From contig DASPGH010000031.1 of assembly GCA_035620735.1 (NCBI GenBank), positions 1,014 through 65,013 on the forward strand: 64,000 nt of DNA, read 5' to 3'. The stretch comes from Acidimicrobiia bacterium. Its GTDB lineage: Bacteria > Actinomycetota > Acidimicrobiia > Spongiisociales > ZC4RG35. The translations under genes were made by a program, and so were the position numbers. Every line of letters starts with the position of its first letter. Position 1 is the first letter of the stretch. This document shows, one piece after another, positions 54,555-63,982 of this stretch. A model generated the notes under the pieces. It worked only from the letters and a program-made list of their open reading frames with translations, was not told the origin of the DNA and made no database searches.

Positions 54555-54648
54555 CCGGAGGGGGTCAAGACGAACCCGCTCTGGGCGGAGAATCGTCCGG
54601 GATCCGGCGAATTATCCACCCAGAAGCATGAGGGAGACTGCCAAATGA

Positions 54649-54682
54649 GAAGGCCTCCGACCCTGGCGGATCGAAGGCCTTC
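54649..54682 (-). terminator. Hairpin after the small zinc-finger gene
   Basis: 8-bp stem (GAAGGCCT with AGGCCTTC) and an 18-nt loop, followed on the minus strand by TCATTTGG. Confidence 0.45.
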
Positions 54683-54700
54683 GAACCGGGCTGGGTGCGA

Positions 54701-54895
54701 TCAGTCCTCGCCGTCCACGATCTTCCCTCGCACGCGGGGGAACTTGATCGGGGCGTGGGCGTGGCAGTACTCGGCCTTGTTGTACTGGCTGAGCTTGGTC
54801 TCGCAGCCTTTCTTGGCGCACACCCGCCCACCGCCAAATCGCTTCGACGGGCGAGTCATGCCCTTGATCGCCGCACCTCTCACTGTGTCTGTCAT
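54701..54895 (-). CDS. Small basic protein with a CX4C-X12-CXH zinc-finger-like motif
   Basis: MTDTVRGAAIKGMTRPSKRFGGGRVCAKKGCETKLSQYNKAEYCHAHAPIKFPRVRGKIVDGED. AGGAGG 8 nt upstream of ATG 54895. Confidence 0.6.
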   Translation of the reverse strand: MTDTVRGAAIKGMTRPSKRFGGGRVCAKKGCETKLSQYNKAEYCHAHAPIKFPRVRGKIVDGED

Positions 54896-55068
54896 ATTTG
54901 GCCCTCCTGGTAATTGGGCCGGCACTCGTTTAGTTCCTTCGGGTTTTCAGACGATGCCGTCTGACCCGGCCAAGACCTCCTTCGGTCTTGATACTGCACT
55001 CAAATTGTGCGTGCCGGAACGCTAAAGGGGGTTAAAGCCTTGTTTGGGTATAGGACGCTGGAACTGCC

Positions 55069-57027
55069 TCACCCAGTTCCCGAGATACCCAACTTCCTGA
55101 GGAACGCCTCATTGTTGGGCTCTCTTCCCAGAAAGTCTACAAGCATGTCGTCCGCGTCCCAAGCCCCACCTCGAGAAAGTACCGCCTCACGGTACGCTCG
55201 ACCGACCTCGGGGTTGGTCACACCCTCGGTCTCGAATCGGGAGAACATGTCGTCTCCGAAGACCTCGGCCCACATGTATCCGTAGTAGCTGGCGTCGTAG
55301 CCGCCCATGATGTGACCGAAAGAGGCCAGGGCGAAGGTCCCCTCGTGCGGCGGCAGCATGCTGATTTCGGATCCGGCGGAGTGTATCGAGTCGATGTCAC
55401 GATCAGGCCCGGCATGCAACTCCTGGTCCCACCACCCGTACTGCATCTGACGCAGTTGGAACATGGCCTTGTTGAGACGTCGTGCCGCCACGAGTTGGTC
55501 TACGAGCTCGGTAGGAATTGGCTCACCGGTCTCGTAGTGCCGTGCGAAACGCTTGAGAACGTCGGCCCGCCAGATCCAATGCTCCATGATCTGACTCGGC
55601 GCCTCGACGAAGTCGCGTTCGGTTTGAGTGCCAGAGAAAGTTGCCAGCTCGGTGCGACCCAGGTTCTGGTGAAGGACATGTCCGAACTCGTGGAACAGGG
55701 TCTCGACCTCCGAGTGCTGGAGCAGCGAGGGTGAGTCCTTGGTGGGCTTGGTCAGATTGGCCACCATCGCACACAACGGATTCTGATAGCTCCCGTCCTC
55801 CAGCAATCGGCTTCGTATGAGCGGGAACTCGGCGGCGTGGCCGAACTTCCCTTCCCTGGGGAACAGGTCGAGATAGAAACGCGACAGCTCCTCTCCAGTA
55901 TCGGTGTCGTGGATGGCGAACAGCTGCACGTCGGGATGCCAGCTGTCGAACTCTTCGATCTCGGTGAAGGCGATGCCGAACATCTCCGAAGTCAGGTCGA
56001 ACATGCCAGCGAGTACCTGGGGGAGCGGGAAGTACTCAGCCACTTCGAAGTTGTCGACTCCGTAGTCGGTCTTCCGCTGCACCGTGTCGTAGTACGACCA
56101 GTCCCATTGCTGAACGCCGCTATCACCGGTGTCGGCTTCGAGCAGCTTCGACACGGCGGCGAGCTCGTTGCGGGCCGCGTCGGTGAGCGGGTCACGGAGC
56201 TCGGCGTACATCTCCCTGACACGCTCGGGGTTCTTCGCCATCCGAAGTTCGAGACGGTGATGGGCCCAGGAGTCGAGGTCGAACGCCTCGGCGACCTCGT
56301 GGCGGAGGCGAAGCGCCTCTTCGAGGATCTTGCGGTTGTCCTCCACGGCGACGGTGTTGAATTTGAAGCGCAGCTTCTCCCGCAGATCGCGCCGCGGAGA
56401 GTTTTCGAGGAACGGGATCATCTCGGGGTAGTCGATGGAGACCTTGTACTTGCCGGTCTCCTCATCGACTTCCAAGCCATCGATGTAGGAGTCGGGTAGG
56501 CCCTCGAGATCCTCGCGGCTGGCAAGTATCCATGCGTCCCACTCGTCGATGTTCTGTTGAAAGCGGACACCCAGCTCGACCAGTTTCTGGTTGATCTCGC
56601 GCACCCTCGCCCTGGTGCTCTGGTCGAGATCGTGCCCGGCCCGTCTCAGGTCGCGCAATGTGAACTCGAGGAGACGCTGGTGCTCACCTTGGAGATTTGC
56701 CGCCTCTTCGGTTGCGGCGTACTGCTGGACCGCCTCGTTCAGATCGTCGCGGAAGTAGATGTCGGTTCCCCATTTCTGAACCTTCTCCTCCCCCTCTTTG
56801 GCGGCGTCGCGCACCTCTTTGTCCGGATGGACATATCCCATGAAGGTGTAGTCGGTGGTGGCGTGATCGAGAATGTCTGCGATGCGGTCGAGCGGTCGAA
56901 GCGTGTTCTCGAAGTTGCGATCTCCGGTGACTGTGACGATCTCCGCGATGACAACCTCGGCGTGAGCGATGGCTCGGTCCACCCCGGTGTGGATCAGCTC
57001 CGGACTCAGCTGAGAGTAATTGCTCAT
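55069..57027 (-). CDS. M3 family zinc metallopeptidase (oligopeptidase A / dipeptidyl carboxypeptidase-like)
   Basis: HEFGHVLH zinc motif with a downstream E. 652 aa. Confidence 0.88.
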   Translation of the reverse strand: MSNYSQLSPELIHTGVDRAIAHAEVVIAEIVTVTGDRNFENTLRPLDRIADILDHATTDYTFMGYVHPDKEVRDAAKEGEEKVQKWGTDIYFRDDLNEAVQQYAATEEAANLQGEHQRLLEFTLRDLRRAGHDLDQSTRARVREINQKLVELGVRFQQNIDEWDAWILASREDLEGLPDSYIDGLEVDEETGKYKVSIDYPEMIPFLENSPRRDLREKLRFKFNTVAVEDNRKILEEALRLRHEVAEAFDLDSWAHHRLELRMAKNPERVREMYAELRDPLTDAARNELAAVSKLLEADTGDSGVQQWDWSYYDTVQRKTDYGVDNFEVAEYFPLPQVLAGMFDLTSEMFGIAFTEIEEFDSWHPDVQLFAIHDTDTGEELSRFYLDLFPREGKFGHAAEFPLIRSRLLEDGSYQNPLCAMVANLTKPTKDSPSLLQHSEVETLFHEFGHVLHQNLGRTELATFSGTQTERDFVEAPSQIMEHWIWRADVLKRFARHYETGEPIPTELVDQLVAARRLNKAMFQLRQMQYGWWDQELHAGPDRDIDSIHSAGSEISMLPPHEGTFALASFGHIMGGYDASYYGYMWAEVFGDDMFSRFETEGVTNPEVGRAYREAVLSRGGAWDADDMLVDFLGREPNNEAFLRKLGISGTG

Positions 57028-57072
57028 CGACGCCGGAGGCTAATGGTGATCCTGGTGCAACCGGCCCGCTCT

Positions 57073-58308
57073 TCAGCGCGCCGGCGGGGCAAAGAGGGCC
57101 TCCGCCTGCTCTTGGGTCAGAGCCTCGCCGGGATTGATCCCGTGACGGTCCACCGCGGCATTGATGCCTGTCTCGGGATCGGGGAGTTCGACCGGCGAGT
57201 CACTGCCACCGAGCAGTGGGATTCCGGCCTCCATCATCGAACGAAACGGGTAGGCGCGCGACATCCGGTCGGCACCAAGCCGCTTCTCCAGCCACGATTC
57301 CTCGGAAGCAAGGAAGGCCGGCTGTATCGACGCCGTAACCCCCATCGATGCCATGCGCTCGATGGTGGCGTCGGTTAGGACCGAGGCGTGTTCCACGCGG
57401 AGTCGATCAGGGGCGGCGCCACTTTCGATGAGATCCTGATGTACGTCGAGCACCAGGTCGTTGGCCCGGTCGCCGATGGCATGGATGGCGACCACCCCGC
57501 CCTCGTCCAATGTGGCTCGTCCGATCCCGACCATTCGATCGTGGTTGTAGCGCTCGGTGCCGCGTGTGTCTGAGCGATCGGCGAAAGGGTCGTACATGGC
57601 AGCTGTGTGCCCGCCGAGACTGCCGTCGATGAAGTCTTTGTAACCGTGGAAGCGCACCGGCCCTTCGGCTCGGTCGATCATCTCTTTGGCTGTCATGAGA
57701 TCGGCGACCGAGGAGCAGATCAGGAGCACGTCGATGTCGATCGGTAGATCGGGAGCGAGGCGGACCAGGGTCTGCACCTCGTCCTCGACGCCGCACCAAA
57801 CGTTGTCGGTGACCGAGACCATCCCGGTGATCGACCCGATCCCCATGCGACGGAGACCCGCCAGGGCGGAGATGATCTCGAGGTCCGTGGGTGGTGAGGT
57901 GTGGGCTTCGAGAGCCTTGGAGACCGGGTTGACGGCGGTCTCGCGGAGAATCCCGTTGGGTCTTCCGCTCGGATCTCGGTCGAAGGACCCGCCGGGGGGA
58001 TCTTCCGTCGTCTCGTCGACACCGGCGAGCTCCATTGCGGCGCTGTTGGCCACCGCGATGTGGCCGCAGTAGCGGTAGAGAAGAACAGGACGGTCGGGCA
58101 CGAAATCGTCGATTTCGGAGGCAGTGGGCAGCCGCAGGTCGGAGACACCCTCGTCGTTGAGGCGATGGCCTATTACCGCCCCGTCGACCCGGTCCGCACG
58201 TTCGGAGACCCGATGCATGACGGTGGCGAGATCGGGAGCGTCCATCAACTCCAGACCGTTGACCAGGGCGGCGTAGCCGAAAGGGTGGAGATGGTGATCG
58301 TGGTACAT
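57073..58308 (-). CDS. Amidohydrolase-family (Amidohydro_3/YtcJ-like) metal-dependent hydrolase
   Basis: MYHDHHLHP (HxH metal site at the very N-terminus), AIHAIGDRAN, VEHASV, LGGSDSPV. Confidence 0.75.
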   Translation of the reverse strand: MYHDHHLHPFGYAALVNGLELMDAPDLATVMHRVSERADRVDGAVIGHRLNDEGVSDLRLPTASEIDDFVPDRPVLLYRYCGHIAVANSAAMELAGVDETTEDPPGGSFDRDPSGRPNGILRETAVNPVSKALEAHTSPPTDLEIISALAGLRRMGIGSITGMVSVTDNVWCGVEDEVQTLVRLAPDLPIDIDVLLICSSVADLMTAKEMIDRAEGPVRFHGYKDFIDGSLGGHTAAMYDPFADRSDTRGTERYNHDRMVGIGRATLDEGGVVAIHAIGDRANDLVLDVHQDLIESGAAPDRLRVEHASVLTDATIERMASMGVTASIQPAFLASEESWLEKRLGADRMSRAYPFRSMMEAGIPLLGGSDSPVELPDPETGINAAVDRHGINPGEALTQEQAEALFAPPAR

Positions 58309-59114
58309 CAGCGCAGGTGCTCCGGCATGGTGCGGGCCACGATCGAGCGCAGCTCCTCGTGAACCTTGCCGTTGCTCGCGACGTGAGCTCTGGCCTCGAG
58401 CTGGTTGGTCTCACCGGACTCGTTGGTGTAGGTGCCACCGGCTTCGGTGATCAGCAGCAAACCGGCGGCGACGTCCCAGGGCTTGATTCCTTGGTCCCCG
58501 CCGTGCTCCCAATAGGCGTCGTACTTCCCGGCGGCGAGCCATGCCAGGTCGAGAGCAGCGGCGCCGAGTCTGCGAGTGCCCTGGCTGTTGAGCATCACCT
58601 CCTCCACGACGCGCAGGTATGAGGCGGCGTACTGCCGTCTGTCGTATGGGAAACCCGTGCATACGAGTGCTTGGTCGAGGGTTGCGGTCTCCGAGACGTG
58701 GAGCTCCTCGCCGTTCAATGATGCGCCCTCACTGGCCACCGCCACGTACTCGTCATTGCGCGCGACGTCGATGATCACCCCGACGAGGGGGGCGGCGTCC
58801 TCCCAGAGAGCCACCGAGACGGCCACCTGTGGCAGACGATGGACGAAGTTGACGGTCCCGTCGAGCGGGTCGACTATCCAGACACGCCCGTTGCGCCAAT
58901 CCGCTCCGCCCTCCTCCTCGCCGAGGACGGCGTCGTCAGGGAAGTAGGTGGCGATCACCGAGCGAATCGCGGTCTCGGCGTCTCGGTCGACCTGAGTGAC
59001 CGGATCGACCGCACTCTTCATCTCGGTGTCGAGCGATTGAAAGAAGCCGGTCTGCACGATATCGGCACCGGCCCGTGCCGCCCGTATCGCGACCCAAACG
59101 TCACCTTCCCACAT
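58308..59114 (-). CDS. Inositol monophosphatase family protein (SuhB/ImpA/CysQ-like)
   Basis: LGEEEG, WIVDPLDGTVNF, WDVAAG. Only the C-terminal 268 aa of track ORF 58308..60434 are real. ATG 59114. Confidence 0.88.
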   Translation of the reverse strand: MWEGDVWVAIRAARAGADIVQTGFFQSLDTEMKSAVDPVTQVDRDAETAIRSVIATYFPDDAVLGEEEGGADWRNGRVWIVDPLDGTVNFVHRLPQVAVSVALWEDAAPLVGVIIDVARNDEYVAVASEGASLNGEELHVSETATLDQALVCTGFPYDRRQYAASYLRVVEEVMLNSQGTRRLGAAALDLAWLAAGKYDAYWEHGGDQGIKPWDVAAGLLLITEAGGTYTNESGETNQLEARAHVASNGKVHEELRSIVARTMPEHLR

Positions 59115-59180
59115 GCCGCGCGACTCTAGGAGTCTCCAACGGTCGGTCGTATTTCGGACGACACCCGTACCCTGCCGTCC

Positions 59181-60647
59181 GTGAAACCGGTCCTCTTCAC
59201 CATCGGCGGAGCCGCCGTATCCGTGCTCGCCTTCCCGCCGTTCGGACCGGGACTCTTGATATTGCCCGGAATGGCCCTGTTCCTCGTGGCGCTTCGGACG
59301 TGTCGGTCCCGCATCAGTGGACTGTGGCTGGGCGGTCTCTACGGGCTTCTCTTCTTTGGTGGTCTCATGTGGTGGCTCGGGCTCCTCGACCCCCTCGCTC
59401 TCATCCTCATCCCGGTGCAGGCGCTCTTCCCGGCTGTGTTTGGGTGGTGGCTGGCGGGGAGACGGGAGACAGAGCCGGTTCGGTGGTTTCTGAGCGCGGT
59501 GGGTGGCTGGGCGCTCATTGAGGTGGTCCGTTATCGGTTCCCGGTCGGTGGCCAGGAGTGGGGTGGTGCGGGGTATGCCCTTAGCGACAACCGCTATATC
59601 CGTCTCCCGGCTTCGGTCGTAGGGACCAGTGGGCTCACCGTGATCGTGGTGCTGTTGGCGGCCATGCTCGCCCTGGCGCTGGTCAGACAATGGGACAACC
59701 GGATCCGTTGGGCAGGGCTGGTCCCGCTGGCCGTGATGGTGGCTTCGCTCCCATCGATGATGACCCGGTACGACGTGGGAGGGTTTCCGGTCGCGATCGT
59801 TCAGGGCTCGACTCCGTGCCCGTTCGAAGATTGCCCGCCCAACGAGCGTCTTCGCACGTATCAGCAGCATTTGGCCCTCACCGAGACGATCGAGCCGGGT
59901 TCGGTCGATCTGGTGGTCTGGCCGGAGAGCTCGACCGGCTCGACCAACGCCGACCCGGTGCTGAACGACGAGATCAGAGAGGCCGTCGCCAGCCAGGCGA
60001 GACGTATCGGGGCCGCCATCCTCGTGGGGGGCGATCGCATCGTCGGTGAGGGAGAATTCATCAATGCCAACGTGTTCTTCGACATGGAGGGTGAGATCGA
60101 GGGTGAGTACCGCAAACAGCACCCCGTTCCGTTTGGCGAATACATCCCGGCCCGACCACTGTTCGAGTGGATTCCCACACTCGACCAGGTTCCCCGGGAC
60201 ATGATCAGAGGCGAAGGGCCGGTGGTGTTCGATGTGGGCGTGATCCAACTCGGCTCGGTGATCTCGTGGGAGGGCGGATTCTCCCGCTACGCCCTGCAAC
60301 ATCGTCGGGCCGGCGCCAACGCCCTTGCGGTCACCACGAACAAGGCCTCTTATGGGCCCGACGCCCCGACCTCCGACCAGTTCATCGGCATGACCCGCAT
60401 GCGGGCCGTCGAGTTGGGGATTCCCGTGGTCCATGCCGCCGTCACCGGCAAGTCGACGATCATCGACTACCAGGGCTCGTTCGATACGACCACCGAAACC
60501 GGCGATTCGGTCGTCTTCTACGGCGACATCGGATCGTTCACGTCCACCATCTACTCGACCATCGGAGACGCATTCATCTTCCTCGCCGCCCTGCTCGGTG
60601 TGTTCACGGTGTGGCGATATTGGACGCTGGTAGGTTCGGATGAATGA
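59181..60647 (+). CDS. lnt: Apolipoprotein N-acyltransferase homolog (CN-hydrolase domain)
   Basis: Polytopic N-terminus. LVVWPESS (Glu) and [14 protein letters not shown] (Lys). The expected ICYE Cys motif reads ISWE. Confidence 0.8.
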   Translation: MKPVLFTIGGAAVSVLAFPPFGPGLLILPGMALFLVALRTCRSRISGLWLGGLYGLLFFGGLMWWLGLLDPLALILIPVQALFPAVFGWWLAGRRETEPVRWFLSAVGGWALIEVVRYRFPVGGQEWGGAGYALSDNRYIRLPASVVGTSGLTVIVVLLAAMLALALVRQWDNRIRWAGLVPLAVMVASLPSMMTRYDVGGFPVAIVQGSTPCPFEDCPPNERLRTYQQHLALTETIEPGSVDLVVWPESSTGSTNADPVLNDEIREAVASQARRIGAAILVGGDRIVGEGEFINANVFFDMEGEIEGEYRKQHPVPFGEYIPARPLFEWIPTLDQVPRDMIRGEGPVVFDVGVIQLGSVISWEGGFSRYALQHRRAGANALAVTTNKASYGPDAPTSDQFIGMTRMRAVELGIPVVHAAVTGKSTIIDYQGSFDTTTETGDSVVFYGDIGSFTSTIYSTIGDAFIFLAALLGVFTVWRYWTLVGSDE

Positions 60648-60706
60648 AATCGGGATCTAGCTCGATGACATCGACTAGGACCATCGCAACCAGGAGGACT
60701 GAATCA

Positions 60707-62653
60707 ATGTCGCAGGCTCTCGAGAACCTGCTCCGCGAAGAGCGGACGTTCCCGCCCTCGGAGGAGTTCACGGCCCAGGCCAATGCCAAGCCGGGAATCC
60801 ATGAAGAGGCGGCCTCCGATTACCTGGCCTTCTGGCAGAAGCAGGCCCTCGATCGCATCTCGTGGTTCACAGAGCCTCAAGAGGTTCTCGACGACTCAAA
60901 CCCGCCCTTCTTCAAGTGGTTCAAGGATGGCGAGCTCAATTTGTCCTACAACTGTCTCGATCGCCATCTCGACGACCACGGCCGCCAGGTGGCCTATCAC
61001 TGGGTGGGTGAGCCCGGTGACACCCGCACACTGACCTTTTCCGATCTCGCCAAGGAGGTCAACAGGTTCGCCAATGGGTTGAAGAGCCTGGGGCTGGAGA
61101 AGGGCGACCGGGTGGCGGTCTACATGGGGATGATCCCCGAGCTGCCCATTGCCATGCTGGCCTGTGCCCGTCTCGGTCTGATCCACTCGGTGGTCTTCGG
61201 CGGCTTCAGCGCCGATGCTCTCGCGTCGCGGGTTCTCGACGCCGATGCCCGGGTGGTCATCACTCAAGATGGGGCCTGGCGCGGTGGCAACGTGGTTCCT
61301 CTGAAGCTGAACACCGACGAGGCGCTGGAGCGGACCCCGGGCATCGAGCACACGATTGTCGTCAACCGCACCGACCACGGTGTCCCGATGAAGGAGGGCC
61401 GCGACATCTGGTGGCACGACCTCGTCGCCGGCCAGTCCGAGGTGTGTGAGCCCGAGGTCCTCGATGCCGAGGACCCGCTGTACATCCTCTATACGTCGGG
61501 AACCACCGGCAAGCCCAAGGGGATCGTCCACACCCAGGGCGGCTATCTGACCGAAGTGATGACGACTCACTCTTACGTCTTCGACATCAAGCCAGACTCC
61601 GACGTTTACTGGTGTGCTGCGGACATCGGTTGGGTGACCGGTCACAGCTACATCGTCTACGGACCGCTGGCCAATCGCACCACGGGTGTCATGTACGAGG
61701 GTGCTCCCAACTTCCCCGAGCTCGACCGGCTCTGGCAGATCATCGACGACTACGGCGTCACAATCTTCTACACCGCCCCTACCGCGATTCGGGCCTTCAT
61801 GAAGTGGGGAGACGAGCATGTGGACAAACACGATCTGTCGACTCTGCGTGTGATCGGGACGGTTGGAGAGCCGATCAACCCCGAGGCCTGGATCTGGTAT
61901 CACCAGCACGTCGGGAAGGAGAACTGCCCCATCGTCGACACGTGGTGGCAGACCGAAACCGGCGGGATCATGATCACCCCGCTGCCCGGAGTGACGGCCA
62001 CCAAGCCGGGGTCGGCAACGAAACCGTTTCCCGGCATTGCCGCCGACGTGGTCGACGACGACGGCAACAGCGTCCCCCTGGGTGGAGGTGGCTTCTTGGT
62101 GATCACCCAGCCCTGGCCCTCGATGGCGCGCACCATCTACGGCGACGACCAGCGATATGTCGACACCTATTGGTCGAGGTTCGAGGGGCGTTATTTCCCC
62201 GGCGACGGATGCAAACGCGACGAGGACGGCTACTTCTGGCTGCTGGGCCGGGTCGACGACATCATGCTCGTGTCCGGGCACAACATCTCGACCACCGAAG
62301 TCGAGTCGGCCCTCGTCAGCCACATCGCGGTAGCCGAGGCGGCTGTGGTGGGGCGCAAAGACGCAGTGACCGGTCAGGCAATCGCCGCCTTTGTCACGTT
62401 GCGGGGGACGGCAACGGGCGACAACGACCTCATCGACGAGCTCAGGAACCATGTGGCCCACGTCATCGGCCCCATCGCCAAACCCGCCTCAATCGTCTTC
62501 ACCGGCGATCTGCCCAAGACCCGCTCCGGCAAGATCATGAGACGGCTGCTCCAGGACATCTCCGAGCACCGCCAACTCGGTGACGTCACAACACTCGCCA
62601 ACGCCGACATCGTCGCCGAGATCGCCGAGAAGTCAGCAGCCGACGGGGCCTGA
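60707..62653 (+). CDS. acs: Acetyl-coenzyme A synthetase
   Basis: [33 protein letters not shown]. Start ATG 60707 with AGGAGG upstream. Confidence 0.95.
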   Translation: MSQALENLLREERTFPPSEEFTAQANAKPGIHEEAASDYLAFWQKQALDRISWFTEPQEVLDDSNPPFFKWFKDGELNLSYNCLDRHLDDHGRQVAYHWVGEPGDTRTLTFSDLAKEVNRFANGLKSLGLEKGDRVAVYMGMIPELPIAMLACARLGLIHSVVFGGFSADALASRVLDADARVVITQDGAWRGGNVVPLKLNTDEALERTPGIEHTIVVNRTDHGVPMKEGRDIWWHDLVAGQSEVCEPEVLDAEDPLYILYTSGTTGKPKGIVHTQGGYLTEVMTTHSYVFDIKPDSDVYWCAADIGWVTGHSYIVYGPLANRTTGVMYEGAPNFPELDRLWQIIDDYGVTIFYTAPTAIRAFMKWGDEHVDKHDLSTLRVIGTVGEPINPEAWIWYHQHVGKENCPIVDTWWQTETGGIMITPLPGVTATKPGSATKPFPGIAADVVDDDGNSVPLGGGGFLVITQPWPSMARTIYGDDQRYVDTYWSRFEGRYFPGDGCKRDEDGYFWLLGRVDDIMLVSGHNISTTEVESALVSHIAVAEAAVVGRKDAVTGQAIAAFVTLRGTATGDNDLIDELRNHVAHVIGPIAKPASIVFTGDLPKTRSGKIMRRLLQDISEHRQLGDVTTLANADIVAEIAEKSAADGA

Positions 62654-62712
62654 TCAAGTCCCCAACCCGGGGTACCTCAGCCCATATATGGGCCGAATCC
62701 GCTCATGTTGAC
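62651..62712 (+). repeat. Interspersed repeat, copy C
   Basis: TGATCAAGTCCCCAACCCGGGGTACCTCAGCCCATATATGGGCCGAATCCGCTCATGTTGAC, starting at the acs stop codon. Confidence 0.8.
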
Positions 62713-62716
62713 GTGC

Positions 62717-63193
62717 TCAGGTGAGGAGAGCGCCGGCGACGAACACGATCAGGATCAGAAATCCACCTGCCAACTCGATGCCGATCGACGTGACGAGGGC
62801 GCGCACCGCTGCCTTGGTCGACGGCCACGCCTGAGCCCGGCCCCGACGCGCCCTCTCGAAGACATAGATCGTGGCCACGAAGAACAGTGGCGCCCCGACG
62901 ACCGGTATCACGAAGAGCCCGACGGTTGCGGCCGTCACCGCCAGGAAGAGAAGCCAGCCGGGGAGACCCGCCGCCCGGAGTTGTCGGCCCGGGTGCAGAT
63001 ACTTGAAGACCATCGCCGCCCCGGCGATAGCCACTACCAGGGTCAGAACCACCCAACCGATCGGATTCGACTCCTCGAAGGCCCAGACGAGGACCGCAGC
63101 CACCTGGAGGATCAGTCCGGGTAGGAACACGAGGACGATCCCGACCAGACCGACGAGGACACCGATCCCCGCCAGGATGTCGTGGATCTCCAA
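62717..63193 (-). CDS. DUF456 family membrane protein
   Basis: Four TM helices. GLVGIVLVFLPG..LQ and FVIPVVGAPLFFV are typical of DUF456. Confidence 0.7.
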   Translation of the reverse strand: MEIHDILAGIGVLVGLVGIVLVFLPGLILQVAAVLVWAFEESNPIGWVVLTLVVAIAGAAMVFKYLHPGRQLRAAGLPGWLLFLAVTAATVGLFVIPVVGAPLFFVATIYVFERARRGRAQAWPSTKAAVRALVTSIGIELAGGFLILIVFVAGALLT

Positions 63194-63199
63194 CCGCGT

Positions 63200-63982
63200 C
63201 TATCCCAGGGTGGCAGCCAGAGCGGCCACGGCGGTCGAGCCCCCTTCGAGTACCGGTTCACCATGTCCGAAGAGCACGACCTCGTAGTCGAACTCCGCCA
63301 GCTTGGCGACCGAGGCGTTGGCCAGCTCGATGTCATCGCTGAAGCCTGGATTGGGCCCAACGACGCTGCCGCCCTCTCCGTTGAGGGCGTCACCAGCGAC
63401 GAGGATCCCCGAGGCGGTGTCGAGTACGCAGATGTGACCGGCAGTGTGCCCCGGGCTCTCGATGATCTGGAGGCCATTGAAGACCGTGTCGCCGTCGCCG
63501 ACGGCTTGACCTGGCGTTGGAGCGGTGATCTGTTCGAGGTCGGCCCCGCCGGCGAACCAGGGCAGCGCCTCAGTGGTGGACTCGATCACGTCCGGGACGC
63601 TGCCTTGGTGATCGGGGTGCAGATGGGTGACGATCAGGGTGCCCACATCCCCCCAACCCAGGCCCACCTCCGTCAGTCCTGACTCGATAGCCCCGGCGCT
63701 GCCCTCGACACCGGTATCGACTATTGCTGCCTCACCGCTCCGGTACAGGATGTAGGCGGACACGAATCCGAGGTTCACCCGATGCCAGTCGTGGCCTGTG
63801 GCTGAGGGACCGGGAGTCGTGGTGGCCCCACCGGCCGTCGACGGTGGCGAGGTCACCGGTGTCGAAGAACTGGACGAGGGACTCGGCTCCTCGGTCGGCG
63901 TGGCGTTGTTGCTCGGTTGCTCCGAGCAAGCTGCGACGCCGAACACCATCATCGCCAACCCCGCCTTCCCCATGTCTTTCAA
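63200..63982 (-). CDS. MBL-fold metallo-hydrolase, lipoprotein
   Basis: Lipobox GVAAC, Ser/Pro/Thr linker, THLHPDHQG (HxHxDH). Confidence 0.85.
   Translation of the reverse strand: MKDMGKAGLAMMVFGVAACSEQPSNNATPTEEPSPSSSSSTPVTSPPSTAGGATTTPGPSATGHDWHRVNLGFVSAYILYRSGEAAIVDTGVEGSAGAIESGLTEVGLGWGDVGTLIVTHLHPDHQGSVPDVIESTTEALPWFAGGADLEQITAPTPGQAVGDGDTVFNGLQIIESPGHTAGHICVLDTASGILVAGDALNGEGGSVVGPNPGFSDDIELANASVAKLAEFDYEVVLFGHGEPVLEGGSTAVAALAATLG

Noticed and set aside
54612-54620. Isolated TTATCCACC DnaA-box-like 9-mer
   Set aside because: It is a single 8/9 match about 40 kb from the origin, with no cluster. This is expected by chance.
54947-54964. ATGCCGTCTGA resembles the Neisseria DNA uptake sequence
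   Set aside because: It is a single occurrence that forms part of a local hairpin in an unrelated high-GC actinobacterial-type genome. It is a coincidence.
59115-60434. N-terminal 440 aa of the 708-aa minus-strand ORF 58308..60434
   Set aside because: Only the last 268 aa (from ATG 59114) match the inositol monophosphatase family. The remainder is antisense to lnt and Arg/His/Pro-rich.
60896-62461. 521-aa minus-strand ORF
   Set aside because: It is antisense to acetyl-CoA synthetase and is a shadow ORF.
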